Position numbers and translations under genes: made by a program
The notes under the pieces: generated by a model
Database searches by the model: none
Told to the model about the DNA's origin: nothing
What the model saw: only the letters and a program-made list of their open reading frames with translations
DNA from: Syntrophobacterales bacterium
Lineage (GTDB): Bacteria; Desulfobacterota; Desulfobaccia; Desulfobaccales; 0-14-0-80-60-11
DNA length: 64,000 nt
NCBI GenBank assembly: GCA_020060385.1
Contig: JAGVAH010000151.1
Span: 17,474-81,473 of the forward strand
Direction: 5' to 3'
Shown here: in pieces, positions 46,291 through 55,716 of the stretch
Position numbering within the stretch: position 1 is the first letter of the stretch
How the letters are laid out: each line of letters begins with the position of its first letter

Positions 46291-46479
46291 ATGCTTAGCG
46301 TGAAAGGAAATAATATTATGGTAAGATTTATTCCGCAGTTTGAACTAATGAAATATTTTTATTACCGGTTGGCTATCATTCAGGTGAGAGCTGGCGAGAC
46401 CAATGATGAAGCCTGGCATCGCCACCTCATGGAGACCCCTGATGATATTCATGCGACCATCAGGGTTTTTAACTCTTAA
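46291..46479 (+). CDS. hypothetical small protein
   Basis: ORF only; the start is uncertain (alternative ATG at 46318). Confidence 0.3.
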   Translation: MLSVKGNNIMVRFIPQFELMKYFYYRLAIIQVRAGETNDEAWHRHLMETPDDIHATIRVFNS

Positions 46480-46516
46480 GTTAGCGAGGAGAACAAGGGT
46501 CATCGAGGAGACCTAT

Positions 46517-46858
46517 ATGAAACAAAAAAACGTTAAGGCGATCTTTTCGGAATTTGACGCTTATTGCGAGGCACTGGATAGAAACGGCTGTATCAGCTAT
46601 CCCGTCACCATCACCTGGACCATGACCGGGCAACATTACGGCCGGCCCGTGGTGGTGATTCTGGGTGAGGCCCGGGAGACCAGTGACCTGCCTCCCGGTG
46701 AATTGCAGGTGCCAGCGGAGATTTTGGAAGAAGTGAGGCAGGTTGGATATGGCGCCCAACCTCTCAGCCTGGAGGAAATCAAGGAGTATTGGAGAGAGGC
46801 TAGCCGGTTGATTGTCAAAAACCATTGGCACCCAGAGGCCCGGCTGGTGCAATATTAG
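46517..46858 (+). CDS. hypothetical protein
   Basis: 113-aa ORF from an internal ATG preceded by ggagac; no motif recognised. Confidence 0.4.
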   Translation: MKQKNVKAIFSEFDAYCEALDRNGCISYPVTITWTMTGQHYGRPVVVILGEARETSDLPPGELQVPAEILEEVRQVGYGAQPLSLEEIKEYWREASRLIVKNHWHPEARLVQY

Positions 46859-47138
46859 ATAAAATCGACCTCTTTTCCCCGAATAGCGTATACCTAATTA
46901 GGTGAGAGGCAGGAAAATAAGATAAAAGTGGCAAACAATATTATTTATCCGAAGTTTTTCCCAAAGCATCCCAGAGAAATAGCTCATCTTTTCTGTCGAT
47001 AACTGCTATATCTCAGCTACTTAAATAATCAATAAGATATTTGGATATGATCATTGTATTGACCACTGACCCTACCTCCCTTCTTCTCCTCCCATCCCCA
47101 TAGATTCATCGCCAGGTCGAAGGAGAGTACCCGCCCTA

Positions 47139-47159
47139 GAAAAGCGCTAGCGCTTTTTT
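47139..47159. terminator. palindromic terminator-like element
   Basis: gaaaagcgct|agcgctttttt, a perfect palindrome with A/T runs on both sides. Confidence 0.35.
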
Positions 47160-48494
47160 AGAGGGTGTCTGAAGAGGGACCATCGTCTGTAAGGGAAAGC
47201 ATGGGGAAGCATGTTTTCTATTTTTTCCCCGGCAAATGTCAGGAGTTACTGTGTATCGGGGGCAGGCCCTACCCCCTTTAGGGAAGAGGGATCGGAACCT
47301 TTGCCCAAAGGCAAGCTTCCCCCCGGCTCCCGGCGCCCCTGCCCGGTGCCGAAGCTCCCACCCTTGCCAGCGCATGAATCTCACTCTCTCTGAAATTTTT
47401 CCCTGTCTTAGAGCGGGAGTTTTTTCGAAATCCGCCCATTCCCGCCTCCACCGCAAACAGAGGGTCAGCCGGGGGCGGAAAACTGCAAAAAACTTCCCAG
47501 CCGCGTGGGAGAAAAACTTAGAAAAGATGCCAACCTATGCTTACCTATGGGCTCCTCGATTGCGAGGGCAAATAGACCCATAACTCCTAACTCAAGTTGA
47601 GAGTTTTCAGAAAAAAAAGCAGGGGACATCCACCCCCATGCCAGGGAAGATTTTGCCTCGCAAATTTTGAGGTCCAGGTCCCGTTGACGGGGGGGGGGAG
47701 CTGGTCACCGGCACTGCTCACCCAGAAAAGATTTTTGAGAATCTGGTCCGCCAGCATCGTACTGACAGGGGGGGATAGGAGTCCCGTCCCGGGGTTTAGG
47801 TTCCCGGGCCAGAAAGTTCTCAGAGCGCGGCGGCCGGGGGCCGGTGGACATCCGCCACCAGTCCCGGGCCAGCTGTCCGGGACCCACGAACTGCTGGTAG
47901 CCTACCGGTAGGCGGGGAGAGACCACCGGCCAGATCACGGCCACACCACTCCCGGGCCGGATAACCAGTGTCAGAAATCCTGGATAGGCGGGTTATCTGT
48001 TGCAGAAATTCATCTTGTAGTGACGTGGGCGGCAACCTCATTCCAGGCGATTGGAAGGGCGGCAGGAATGCGTCTTGAAGGCTGTTGTAGAGGAAGGTGT
48101 CACCTTACCCCTACCTTGCTGCGACAAGGGGCCTGGGAGCCGTTTCTACCAAGGATTCTGACGCCTGGCGCTGGGCTGGCGATGGAGTACAGGGCCGGTC
48201 TGGGGAAAGGCCCCCTTTGGCTGCGCGTGTTACTCGCTGCCCTCCACCCCGAGATGGTTTTCTCTCCCATTGCTACGCCCGGCTCTTGGCGATAGACCGG
48301 TTCTGGATTGCCAGAGCCCCGTTTCTCTGCCCCGCCAGAGTGGGGTACAAGGTGGGCAGGAATCAAAAAATTAAAATGCCTGATGGGGTACTCCTGAAAA
48401 TCATACCCACACTACACCCACACCGGCCAAAAAAATTAAAAAAGGCAAGTTCAGCAAAAATGCCGTAAATTGCCTTATTTTTTAGTTTATTTAA

Positions 48495-48571
48495 TGGTCG
48501 GGACGAGAGGATTTGAACCTCCGACCCCCTGAACCCCATTCAGGTGCGCTCCCAGTCTGCGCCACGTCCCG
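48495..48571 (-). tRNA. tRNA-Pro(GGG), CCA encoded; integration target of the island
   Basis: Minus strand reads cgggacg-tg-gcgc-agactggga-gcgc-a-cctga-atGGGgt-tcagg-gggtc-ggagg-ttcaaat-cctct-cgtcccg-a-cca. Confidence 0.9.
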
Positions 48572-48776
48572 ACAATTTTTTATCATACCAAGGGACCTCC
48601 GGGGTGTCAATGGCTTAACCCCCCCCGGCCCCGGCTCTGCCGGGAAGATGGGGAAAAAATTATTTTTAACCCCGGGCTGGCCTGGGGATTGCGGCAGGCT
48701 TCCCCTTTTTGCCTCCTATACCATTGCCCCAGCAAAAGGTATTGGCACCTCTTGCGAAACCACAATTTCCCCAAAA

Positions 48777-48860
48777 CTGTCATTCTGAACGAAGCATAGC
48801 GGAGTGAAGAATCTCGTATTTTCGAGGTCTTGGGTTCCTTCATTGCCTTCAGGATGACAG
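48777..48860. repeat. palindromic element of the gtcattctgaacgaagc...cttcaggatgacag family
   Basis: Long imperfect hairpin. Its core is related (in inverted orientation) to 27351-27481 and 63654-63775. Confidence 0.65.
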
Positions 48861-49198
48861 AACAAGAGGTCTTGCAACAGGTTCTAAACTGTAGGCGCGC
48901 ATCTGGTATGGGCTTGCCCATACAGGGCGAATACAAGATTCGCCCCCACAAGATAATTGCTGTTAGAGTGCGACTTGCTTTTTTCTGGTCCTTTCCATAG
49001 GTAGGCGGCTTGAGGAGGGTAGGTCTTGCAGGTCCTTTACCCTCTCCCTGGCGATCCCCAGCAAACATCCGGCTTTAACGGCCTTGATTGCAAATTTAGG
49101 TGAAATTGTTTATGCTCCGATACCACGATAATTTGTTTAGGGTTCTTTCTCCAGTATCTTAGGCCCTCCCTTGGCAAGTCAGGGAAAAAGGAGGAACA

Positions 49199-49702
49199 GT
49201 GAAAGTGCCAGCTTGGTTGAGAAAGTCCCGGGGATGGCTGCTGCCCCTGGTTCTGGCCGTCCTGCTTGGCAGTCCGGTGCTGGCCGGGGCGGATACCATG
49301 AAGGTCTCCCTGGACAACCAGTCCCTCTATGCGGAGCCGAATTACTCCGGCACCCCCATCACCCCGGTGCCCGCGGGCGCGGAAGTGAAGGTGGTCACTA
49401 CCTCCGGGGATTGGTACAAAGTGGAGTACCAGGGCAATACCGGTTGGATGCACCGGGGGGCCTTCGCCCAGGCCCAGACCCCGCAGTTAAATCTGCCGGG
49501 CATGCTGTTCGGGGGCGGGGTGAAACAGACCAAGAGTGATGAAGTGGCTCTGGCCGGCAAGGGCTTCACCCCGGAAGTGGAGGCCGGCTATCGCCAGAAA
49601 CACCCGGAAATGAATTTTGCCCTGGTGGATCAGGTGGAAAGCTTCAAGGTGGATAACGCCAAACTGCAGGCCTTTATCAAGGAAGGAGGGTTGACGCCAT
49701 GA
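49199..49702 (+). CDS. secreted SH3b-domain protein
   Basis: GTG start after aaaggagga; signal peptide; SH3_3-like SGDWYKVEYQGNTGWMHRGAF. Confidence 0.65.
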   Translation: MKVPAWLRKSRGWLLPLVLAVLLGSPVLAGADTMKVSLDNQSLYAEPNYSGTPITPVPAGAEVKVVTTSGDWYKVEYQGNTGWMHRGAFAQAQTPQLNLPGMLFGGGVKQTKSDEVALAGKGFTPEVEAGYRQKHPEMNFALVDQVESFKVDNAKLQAFIKEGGLTP

Positions 49703-50556
49703 GACGCCGGACTATGGGGGCTATGTTCCTGGCGCTATCCCTCACCCTGGTTTGGGGCTGCGCCGGCATGGATTATGCCTCGGTGGCCAGCATTGCCGTG
49801 AAGACCACCGTCAAGGCGGCCGAGGCCTCCCGGCCCATCAGCGATTCGGAGGAATATTATATCGGCCGGGCCGTGGCGGCCCGGGTCCTGGGGACCAGCC
49901 GCCTCGTCCAGGACCCCCAGTTGACCCTCTACGTCAACGAAGTGGGGGAGACCGTGGCCCGGAAGTCCCCCCGGCCCCACACTTACAAGGGCTATCATTT
50001 TGCCGTGCTGGATAGTTCCGAGCCCAACGCCTTCGCCTGTCCCGGGGGCCTTATCTTCGTCACCAAGGGGTTGGTGGTGATGTGCGGCAACGAGGACGAA
50101 CTGGCCGCGGTGCTGGCCCATGAAGTGGCCCATATCGCCAATAAGGACGGGATCAACTCCATCAGCAAGGCCCGTTGGACCGAGGTCCTCACCACCCTGG
50201 GGACGGAGACCGCCAAACAGTACGCGGGCGCGGGCGGCCAGCTGATCACCCTGTTCGAAGGCTCCATTGACGACGTGTTCAAGACCATAGTGGTCAACGG
50301 CTACAGCCGCGCGGCAGAGGAGGCTGCGGACGCCCAGGCGATTAAGACCCTGCAAAAGGCCGGATATGATCCCGGGGCCATGGCCGCGCTGCTGGCCAAG
50401 ATGATGGCCAAGAAAGGGGCGGGCAGTTCGGGCATCTTTAAGACCCATCCGCCCACCGGTGACCGCTTGGCCAAGGTGAAGTCCGAGACCCCGGCCGCCA
50501 CCCCCAATAAGATGGAAGCCGTGCGCACCAAGCGCTTCGAAAGTATCAAAATGTAA
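49699..50556 (+). CDS. M48-family Zn metallopeptidase (lipoprotein-type)
   Basis: ATGA overlap with the upstream gene. Lipobox-like LTLVWGC. HEVAHI (HExxH). Confidence 0.8.
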   Translation: MRRRTMGAMFLALSLTLVWGCAGMDYASVASIAVKTTVKAAEASRPISDSEEYYIGRAVAARVLGTSRLVQDPQLTLYVNEVGETVARKSPRPHTYKGYHFAVLDSSEPNAFACPGGLIFVTKGLVVMCGNEDELAAVLAHEVAHIANKDGINSISKARWTEVLTTLGTETAKQYAGAGGQLITLFEGSIDDVFKTIVVNGYSRAAEEAADAQAIKTLQKAGYDPGAMAALLAKMMAKKGAGSSGIFKTHPPTGDRLAKVKSETPAATPNKMEAVRTKRFESIKM

Positions 50557-50759
50557 GGCTCTCCCCAGGGGACCGGGGCCCAGCCCCGGTCTCCTGATGG
50601 CAGCTTTTGGCAAGAGAGTGGCCGGGGGAACAGAGAGGGGGTGTCTGCGGCCACTTCCCTCTCCCCTTGAAGACCGGCCCCTTTTAGTATCTTCAAACTC
50701 CAGAGCCAGTCCCCATATTTTCCTTAACCATCCTGGGAAATTAGCCGATATAACATCAG

Positions 50760-51479
50760 GTGCCGGTGATGCAAAATCCGCTCTGTTCCGAGACTGCGTG
50801 CCCCCTTGGGGCTGAGGATTGCCCTCTCTGCGCAGAAGTCCAACGCCTGCAAAGCGAGTGCGAGCGCCTCCATGAGCTGTCCCACACCGATCCCCTTACC
50901 GGGGTTTTCAACCGGCGCCATTTGATGGCCGCCCTGGACCAGGAAAGGGAGCGGACCCGGCGCACGGGCCTGCCCACCAGCCTGATCATGATCGATCTCG
51001 ATCATGTCAAGCGGATCAATGACACCTATGGCCATCAGGCGGGAGATGACGCCCTCAAGTGGGTCAGCCAGGTGTGGCGGAAGAATTTGCGGCGCATCGA
51101 TATTCTCTGCCGCTATGGCGGTGAAGAATTTGCCGTTATCCTGCCGGGGACCCGTCTTAATGCCGCAGTGCGGGCTGCCAAACGCCTGCGGACGACCACG
51201 GAACAATCGCCGGTAACCCTGATGGGCCGGAAAATAACCCTGACCGCCAGTTTCGGGGTGGATACTTTTTTGGACACGGAAGAACTGACCTCCAGGGCTT
51301 TCATCAAACGGGCCGACAGGTATTTGCTGGAGGCCAAGATCAAGGGACGCAACCAGGTATGCTGCCGGAAACCGGAGAAAGCCCAACAGACCATAGAAGT
51401 CACCGTGGACGAAAGGGCGGCGCTCTATGGAGGCGGCATCCTGCCCAAAAAAAAGACGGCCCGCAAGAACAAGGGATAA
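50760..51479 (+). CDS. diguanylate cyclase (GGDEF) with short Cys-rich N-terminus
   Basis: DPLTGVFNRRH, RYGGEEF, and an I-site-like RRTG. N-terminal CSETACPLGAEDCPLCAE. Confidence 0.85.
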   Translation: MPVMQNPLCSETACPLGAEDCPLCAEVQRLQSECERLHELSHTDPLTGVFNRRHLMAALDQERERTRRTGLPTSLIMIDLDHVKRINDTYGHQAGDDALKWVSQVWRKNLRRIDILCRYGGEEFAVILPGTRLNAAVRAAKRLRTTTEQSPVTLMGRKITLTASFGVDTFLDTEELTSRAFIKRADRYLLEAKIKGRNQVCCRKPEKAQQTIEVTVDERAALYGGGILPKKKTARKNKG

Positions 51480-51501
51480 ACCATTATAAGGGACTGAAGT
51501 T

Positions 51502-52317
51502 ATGGCAGAAATATCCAGGCACAACCCCCGCAAACCCGTAATGGCCTGCATGAGCAGCGGCAAGGGGGGCGTGGGGAAGACCAGCTTGACGGTGAATCTG
51601 GCCTTCGCCTTGGCCCAAAGAGGCCTCAGAGTGTTGGTGGTGGATGGGGACCTCGGACTGGCCAATGTGGATGTGCTGCTGGGCCTCCAGGTGCAAACCA
51701 CCATCAACGACATCCTGGACCGGGAGGCCGACCCCCTGGAGGCGGTAGTCTACTTGGAGCCGCGCCTGGGTATCCTGCCCGCCAGCTCCGGAGTCCCTGA
51801 CCTGGCCAAGCTGGGGCCGGAGGATCACCGGCAGCTGGGTAGCATCCTCCTACCCATCACCCGCCATTTCGATTTTGTCCTGGTGGATACCGCCGCGGGC
51901 ATCGGCTCCTCGGTGCTTTGGTTCAACACCTTCGTGGACTATAATATTTTGCTTCTCACTCCCGACCCCACCGCCATGACCGACGCCTACGCCTTGATCA
52001 AGGTCCTGTCCCGGGATTATCACCGGCAGACCTTCCATTTGATCCTGAACCAGGTCAAGAATGAAGCCGAAGCCCGCCAGGTTTACGACCATCTGGCCCG
52101 GGTGGCTTCCCATTTCCTGAGTCTGAACCTGGAGTACCTGGGCGCGGTGCCCCAGGATACCTCCGTGAGCAAGGGGGTGCGCCATCAGAAGCCCTTCATC
52201 AAGGTTGCCCCCCATAGCAAGGCGGCCATAGCCATATCGGGCCTGGCCGAGCGCCTCAAGGGTTGGGTCACCCAAAAATCAGCCTCCCGGAAGACCGTGG
52301 GGGAAGCCGGAGGCTGA
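51502..52317 (+). CDS. MinD/ParA-family P-loop ATPase
   Basis: Deviant Walker A SGKGGVGKT and VLVVDGDLGLAN. Confidence 0.8.
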   Translation: MAEISRHNPRKPVMACMSSGKGGVGKTSLTVNLAFALAQRGLRVLVVDGDLGLANVDVLLGLQVQTTINDILDREADPLEAVVYLEPRLGILPASSGVPDLAKLGPEDHRQLGSILLPITRHFDFVLVDTAAGIGSSVLWFNTFVDYNILLLTPDPTAMTDAYALIKVLSRDYHRQTFHLILNQVKNEAEARQVYDHLARVASHFLSLNLEYLGAVPQDTSVSKGVRHQKPFIKVAPHSKAAIAISGLAERLKGWVTQKSASRKTVGEAGG

Positions 52318-52352
52318 AAAACTGGAGCAATGGTCTTCCCTCCCCGCCGTTC

Positions 52353-52637
52353 TCAGGCCTGCCGGGTGCGGGCCCGGATCAGAAAAAAGATGATGATCCC
52401 GGAAATGCCCTGGGCTAAAGTAACTAGACCCAGGATAATCCGGTAGGCGCCCCCCAGGGGGGGCCAGCCGAAATGCAGAACCCCCAAAATCCTATCCAAC
52501 AGGGAAGGGTCGCCGCCGGGGATCAACCCCAGGGCCGCGAGGCCCAATCCCGTCAGGGTCTGTCCCATCAGGAACCAGACCATGATTATCCCCAGAAGCC
52601 GGTGGAACTGCCGCACCTTCACTTCCTTCATCCTCAA
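52353..52637 (-). CDS. small hypothetical membrane protein
   Basis: Three predicted hydrophobic helices; no motif recognised. Confidence 0.4.
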   Translation of the reverse strand: MRMKEVKVRQFHRLLGIIMVWFLMGQTLTGLGLAALGLIPGGDPSLLDRILGVLHFGWPPLGGAYRIILGLVTLAQGISGIIIFFLIRARTRQA

Positions 52638-52754
52638 TCTCCTTTATCTGCACTGCCGACGTTACCCTGGAATTATCGGGCCCAACCTCCATTAAAGATA
52701 GAACCTCCCAGGGGTCCAAGCCAGTGGGGAAAGGATATCTTCAGGCAAGGGGCC

Positions 52755-52858
52755 TATAGCTTTTGCCAAAAGTTCTTTCCTCTTATCCCCTCTCTCCCCA
52801 GCGGGGGGAGAGGGTTAGGGTGAGGGGGGGCGGAAAAAGCTTTTGGCAACCAGAATAT
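52755..52858. repeat. ~100-bp MITE/REP-like palindromic element, copy 4
   Basis: Nearly identical to 478-580. Confidence 0.8.
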
Positions 52859-52956
52859 GGGTTGGGGAGGGGGTAGGGGGAGGGACAGGGTCCGTAGGGC
52901 GGGCGTCCCCGCCCGCCTCGTCAAGCCGCACAGGCTGGAAAGCCTGTGCCACCGGC

Positions 52957-53448
52957 TCACAAATCCAGCCGGTAAGCGATGGGGCCGGGTTGGGGGTCAA
53001 GCTCCGGCGCGCGCCTAAACCCCAGTTTTTCATAGATATGCCGGGCCGCGTCCATGAACTCCCCGGTGAACAGGAAAATGGTGGAAATCTGCATCGCCTT
53101 GGCCCGGCGCAGGCATTCTGCGGCCAGCCGGGTGCCGTAACCCTGCCCCCGGGCCGGGGGCGACACCGCCAGGATCCTGATGGCCGCCACTCCCGGGGGC
53201 CAATGGCCCATGCCGGACTGGGAGGCTTCGGGGTAGAACTTGATGACCCCCTGGATGATGCCGCCGGCCATGGCCACCAGGAGCATGCCGGCCGGGGCCC
53301 GGACAGTCTCGCTGACGTTGTCCATCCAGGCCTGCCAGACCTTCTCCGGGAATTGGGGGCGGAATTCCCGGTAGGCCTCTTTCACCAGGGCTTCGATATC
53401 GTCCAGTTCCTCCGGCGCGGCGTCCCGGATGAGGATTTCGTTACTCAT
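52957..53448 (-). CDS. GNAT-family N-acetyltransferase
   Basis: Acetyl-CoA motif A: RGQGYGTRLAAECLRRAK. Confidence 0.8.
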   Translation of the reverse strand: MSNEILIRDAAPEELDDIEALVKEAYREFRPQFPEKVWQAWMDNVSETVRAPAGMLLVAMAGGIIQGVIKFYPEASQSGMGHWPPGVAAIRILAVSPPARGQGYGTRLAAECLRRAKAMQISTIFLFTGEFMDAARHIYEKLGFRRAPELDPQPGPIAYRLDL

Positions 53449-53470
53449 GAAAACCAGCCTACTCGATGGA

Positions 53471-53544
53471 GTAAGCAGTAAGCAGTAAACTCAAAATCAC
53501 CTAGCAAACCCCCTTTACTGCTCACTGCTCACCGCTCACTGCTC
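53471..53544. repeat. heptamer-periodic long hairpin (gtaagca family) overlapping the trpA stop
   Basis: Arms gtaagcagtaagcagtaaa and tttactgctcactgctcaccgctcactgctc. The right arm encodes the last ~7 codons of trpA. Confidence 0.75.
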
Positions 53545-54412
53545 CCTTCCCCTTCAACGGCGCCTTCAGGGAGGCGACGAAGTCCCCCACCTCTTTGATC
53601 AGCTCCGGTCCCTTAAGTTTGGCGACCCGCTGCACAATGGCGCTCCCCACCACCACCCCGTCCACGTAAGGAGCCAGATTTTGCACCTGTTCCGGGCTGG
53701 AGATGCCGAAGCCCACGGCCAGGGGACATTTCACCAGGGAGCGGACCTCTTTGAGCGCAGCCACCAGGTCCGCGGGCAAGGCCTGGCGCGCGCCGGTGAT
53801 GCCGGTGACGGAGACATAATACAAAAATCCCCGGGTATGGCGGCCCGCCTTGGCGATGCGCGCCGCGCCGCTGGTGGGCGCGGCCAGGAAGATGGGGGCC
53901 AGCCCCGCGGCCATTGCGGCCTGGCGCCAGGGTCCGGCCTCCTCCAGGGGCAGGTCCGGGATGATGAAGCCGTCCACCCCCAGGCTTTTGGCTTCCTGGG
54001 CGGTGCGCTCCAGGCCATACTGCAGGATGGGGTTGTAATAACCCATTAATATTAATGGAATCTCCGTTTTCTGGCGCAGTTCTCCCGCCAGCTGCAGCAC
54101 TTCCTGGAGGTGCGTGCCTGATTGCAGGGCCCGGTTGCTGGCAGCCTGGATGGTAGGGCCGTCGGCCAGGGGGTCGGAGAAGGGGATGCCCAACTCCAGC
54201 AGGTCCGCGCCCCGGGCGGCCATCTCCAGGGCCAGGGCCTTGGTGGTCTGCAAATTCGGGTCACCCGCGGTGATAAAGGGAATGAGGGCCTTTTCGCCCC
54301 GTTTTTTTAAGCTTCTAAAAGTCGCATCGATGCGCTTCACAATTTGCCTCCGCCATATCAAAATGGGTCCAGTGGGGGGCCAGGGAGCCGGCTCCCTGCC
54401 TGCCACCCACAC
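53522..54412 (-). CDS. trpA: tryptophan synthase alpha chain
   Basis: ALIPFITAGDP, ELGIPFSDPLADGP, GFGIS. The true start may be the internal GTG at 54340 (VKRIDATF). Confidence 0.9.
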   Translation of the reverse strand: MWVAGREPAPWPPTGPILIWRRQIVKRIDATFRSLKKRGEKALIPFITAGDPNLQTTKALALEMAARGADLLELGIPFSDPLADGPTIQAASNRALQSGTHLQEVLQLAGELRQKTEIPLILMGYYNPILQYGLERTAQEAKSLGVDGFIIPDLPLEEAGPWRQAAMAAGLAPIFLAAPTSGAARIAKAGRHTRGFLYYVSVTGITGARQALPADLVAALKEVRSLVKCPLAVGFGISSPEQVQNLAPYVDGVVVGSAIVQRVAKLKGPELIKEVGDFVASLKAPLKGKGAVSGEQ

Positions 54413-54426
54413 CCGCTAAGCACTCC

Positions 54427-55620
54427 TCAATGGGCCTCACCCGACATCTCCAGGGCCTGGGCCACCGCGTCCACGTCCTTGTCCCCCCGGCCGGAGAGAT
54501 TGACGATAATTATGTCCTCCGGCCCGTATTGGGGCGCGAGTGTTTGCAGATAGGCCACCGCGTGGGCGCTCTCCAGGGCCGGCAGGATGCCCTCGGTCCG
54601 GGAGAGCAGCTTGAATCCTTCCAGGGCTTCCGTGTCGGTCACCGCCACGTACTCCGCCCGGCCCGTATCCTTGAAGAAGGAATGCTCCGGCCCCACCCCG
54701 GGATAATCCAGCCCCGGGGCCAGGGAATGGGCCTCCTGGATGTTGCCCCAGGGGTCTTGCAGGAGATAGCTGAACGCGCCGTGGAGCACCCCTTGGCTCC
54801 CCGCCACCAGGGTGGCGGAGTGATGCCCCGTCTTAAGACCGTGGCCCGCGGCCTCCACCCCAACAAAGCGCACGTCCTCCTGCACGAAGGCATGGAAGAG
54901 CCCCATGGCGTTGCTGCCGCCCCCCACGCAGGCCACCAGGCATTGGGGCAGGCGGCCGGTGGCCCGGCGCAATTGGGCCCGGGCTTCCCGGCCGATGACC
55001 GCCTGGAAATCCCGGACGATCATGGGATAGGGATGGGGGCCCCCCACTGAGCCCAGGACATAGTGGGTATGGCGCACGTTGGTGACCCAATCCCGGATGG
55101 CCTCGTTCATGGCGTCCTTCAGAGTGCAGCTGCCGGATTCCACCGGGATCACCCGGGCCCCCAGGAGGCGCATGCGGATGACGTTGAGGCGCTGGCGGCG
55201 GATGTCCTCGGTGCCCATGTAGATGTCGCACTCCTGCCCCAGTAGGGCCGCCACCGTGGCCGTGGCCACCCCGTGCTGGCCCGCGCCGGTTTCGGCAATG
55301 ATCCGTTTTTTCCCCATGCGCCGGGCCAGCAGCCCCTGGCCCAGGGTGTTGTTGATCTTGTGGGCCCCGGTGTGGGCCAGGTCTTCCCGCTTGATATAGA
55401 TCTGGGGCCCCCCCAGGGCCTCCGTCAGATGCCGGGCAAAATAGAGGGGCGTGGGCCGGCCCACGTAATACTTCAGATACCAGCCCACCTCCCGGCGGAA
55501 CTCCATATCATGGCTGATGCGCCGGTAGGCCTCTTCCAACTCCAGGAGCGCGGGCATCAAGGTCTCGGGAACGAACTGACCCCCGAAAGGGCCGTATCTG
55601 CCATGCCGATTTGGTAACAA
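54427..55620 (-). CDS. trpB: tryptophan synthase beta chain
   Basis: HTGAHKINN (PLP lysine), GGGSNAMG, and full-length similarity pattern. Confidence 0.95.
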   Translation of the reverse strand: MLPNRHGRYGPFGGQFVPETLMPALLELEEAYRRISHDMEFRREVGWYLKYYVGRPTPLYFARHLTEALGGPQIYIKREDLAHTGAHKINNTLGQGLLARRMGKKRIIAETGAGQHGVATATVAALLGQECDIYMGTEDIRRQRLNVIRMRLLGARVIPVESGSCTLKDAMNEAIRDWVTNVRHTHYVLGSVGGPHPYPMIVRDFQAVIGREARAQLRRATGRLPQCLVACVGGGSNAMGLFHAFVQEDVRFVGVEAAGHGLKTGHHSATLVAGSQGVLHGAFSYLLQDPWGNIQEAHSLAPGLDYPGVGPEHSFFKDTGRAEYVAVTDTEALEGFKLLSRTEGILPALESAHAVAYLQTLAPQYGPEDIIIVNLSGRGDKDVDAVAQALEMSGEAH

Positions 55621-55716
55621 TTGAACCTCCTTATGCAGAAAGCTTTCAGCTATCAGCGATCAGCTTTCAGCTTTTTGGTTTCGAGTTTTGCAGTATGGTC
55701 TTTAACTGACCACTGA

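Larger units (their letters stand above)
28188..48541. mobile_element. ~20.4-kb integrative genomic island in tRNA-Pro(GGG)
   Basis: Perfect 47-bp direct repeats at both ends. Contains a tyrosine integrase, an Xis-like gene, a PrimPol-helicase and an R-M gene. The left half is visibly more AT-rich than the flanking chromosome. Confidence 0.85.

Noticed and set aside
47700-48400. A decayed second integrase next to tRNA-Pro, which would explain why int lies at the distal end.
   Set aside because: No frame on either strand shows tyrosine-recombinase boxes (R..HxxR..Y) or similarity to the int at 28403-29587. The idea remains untested without blastx.
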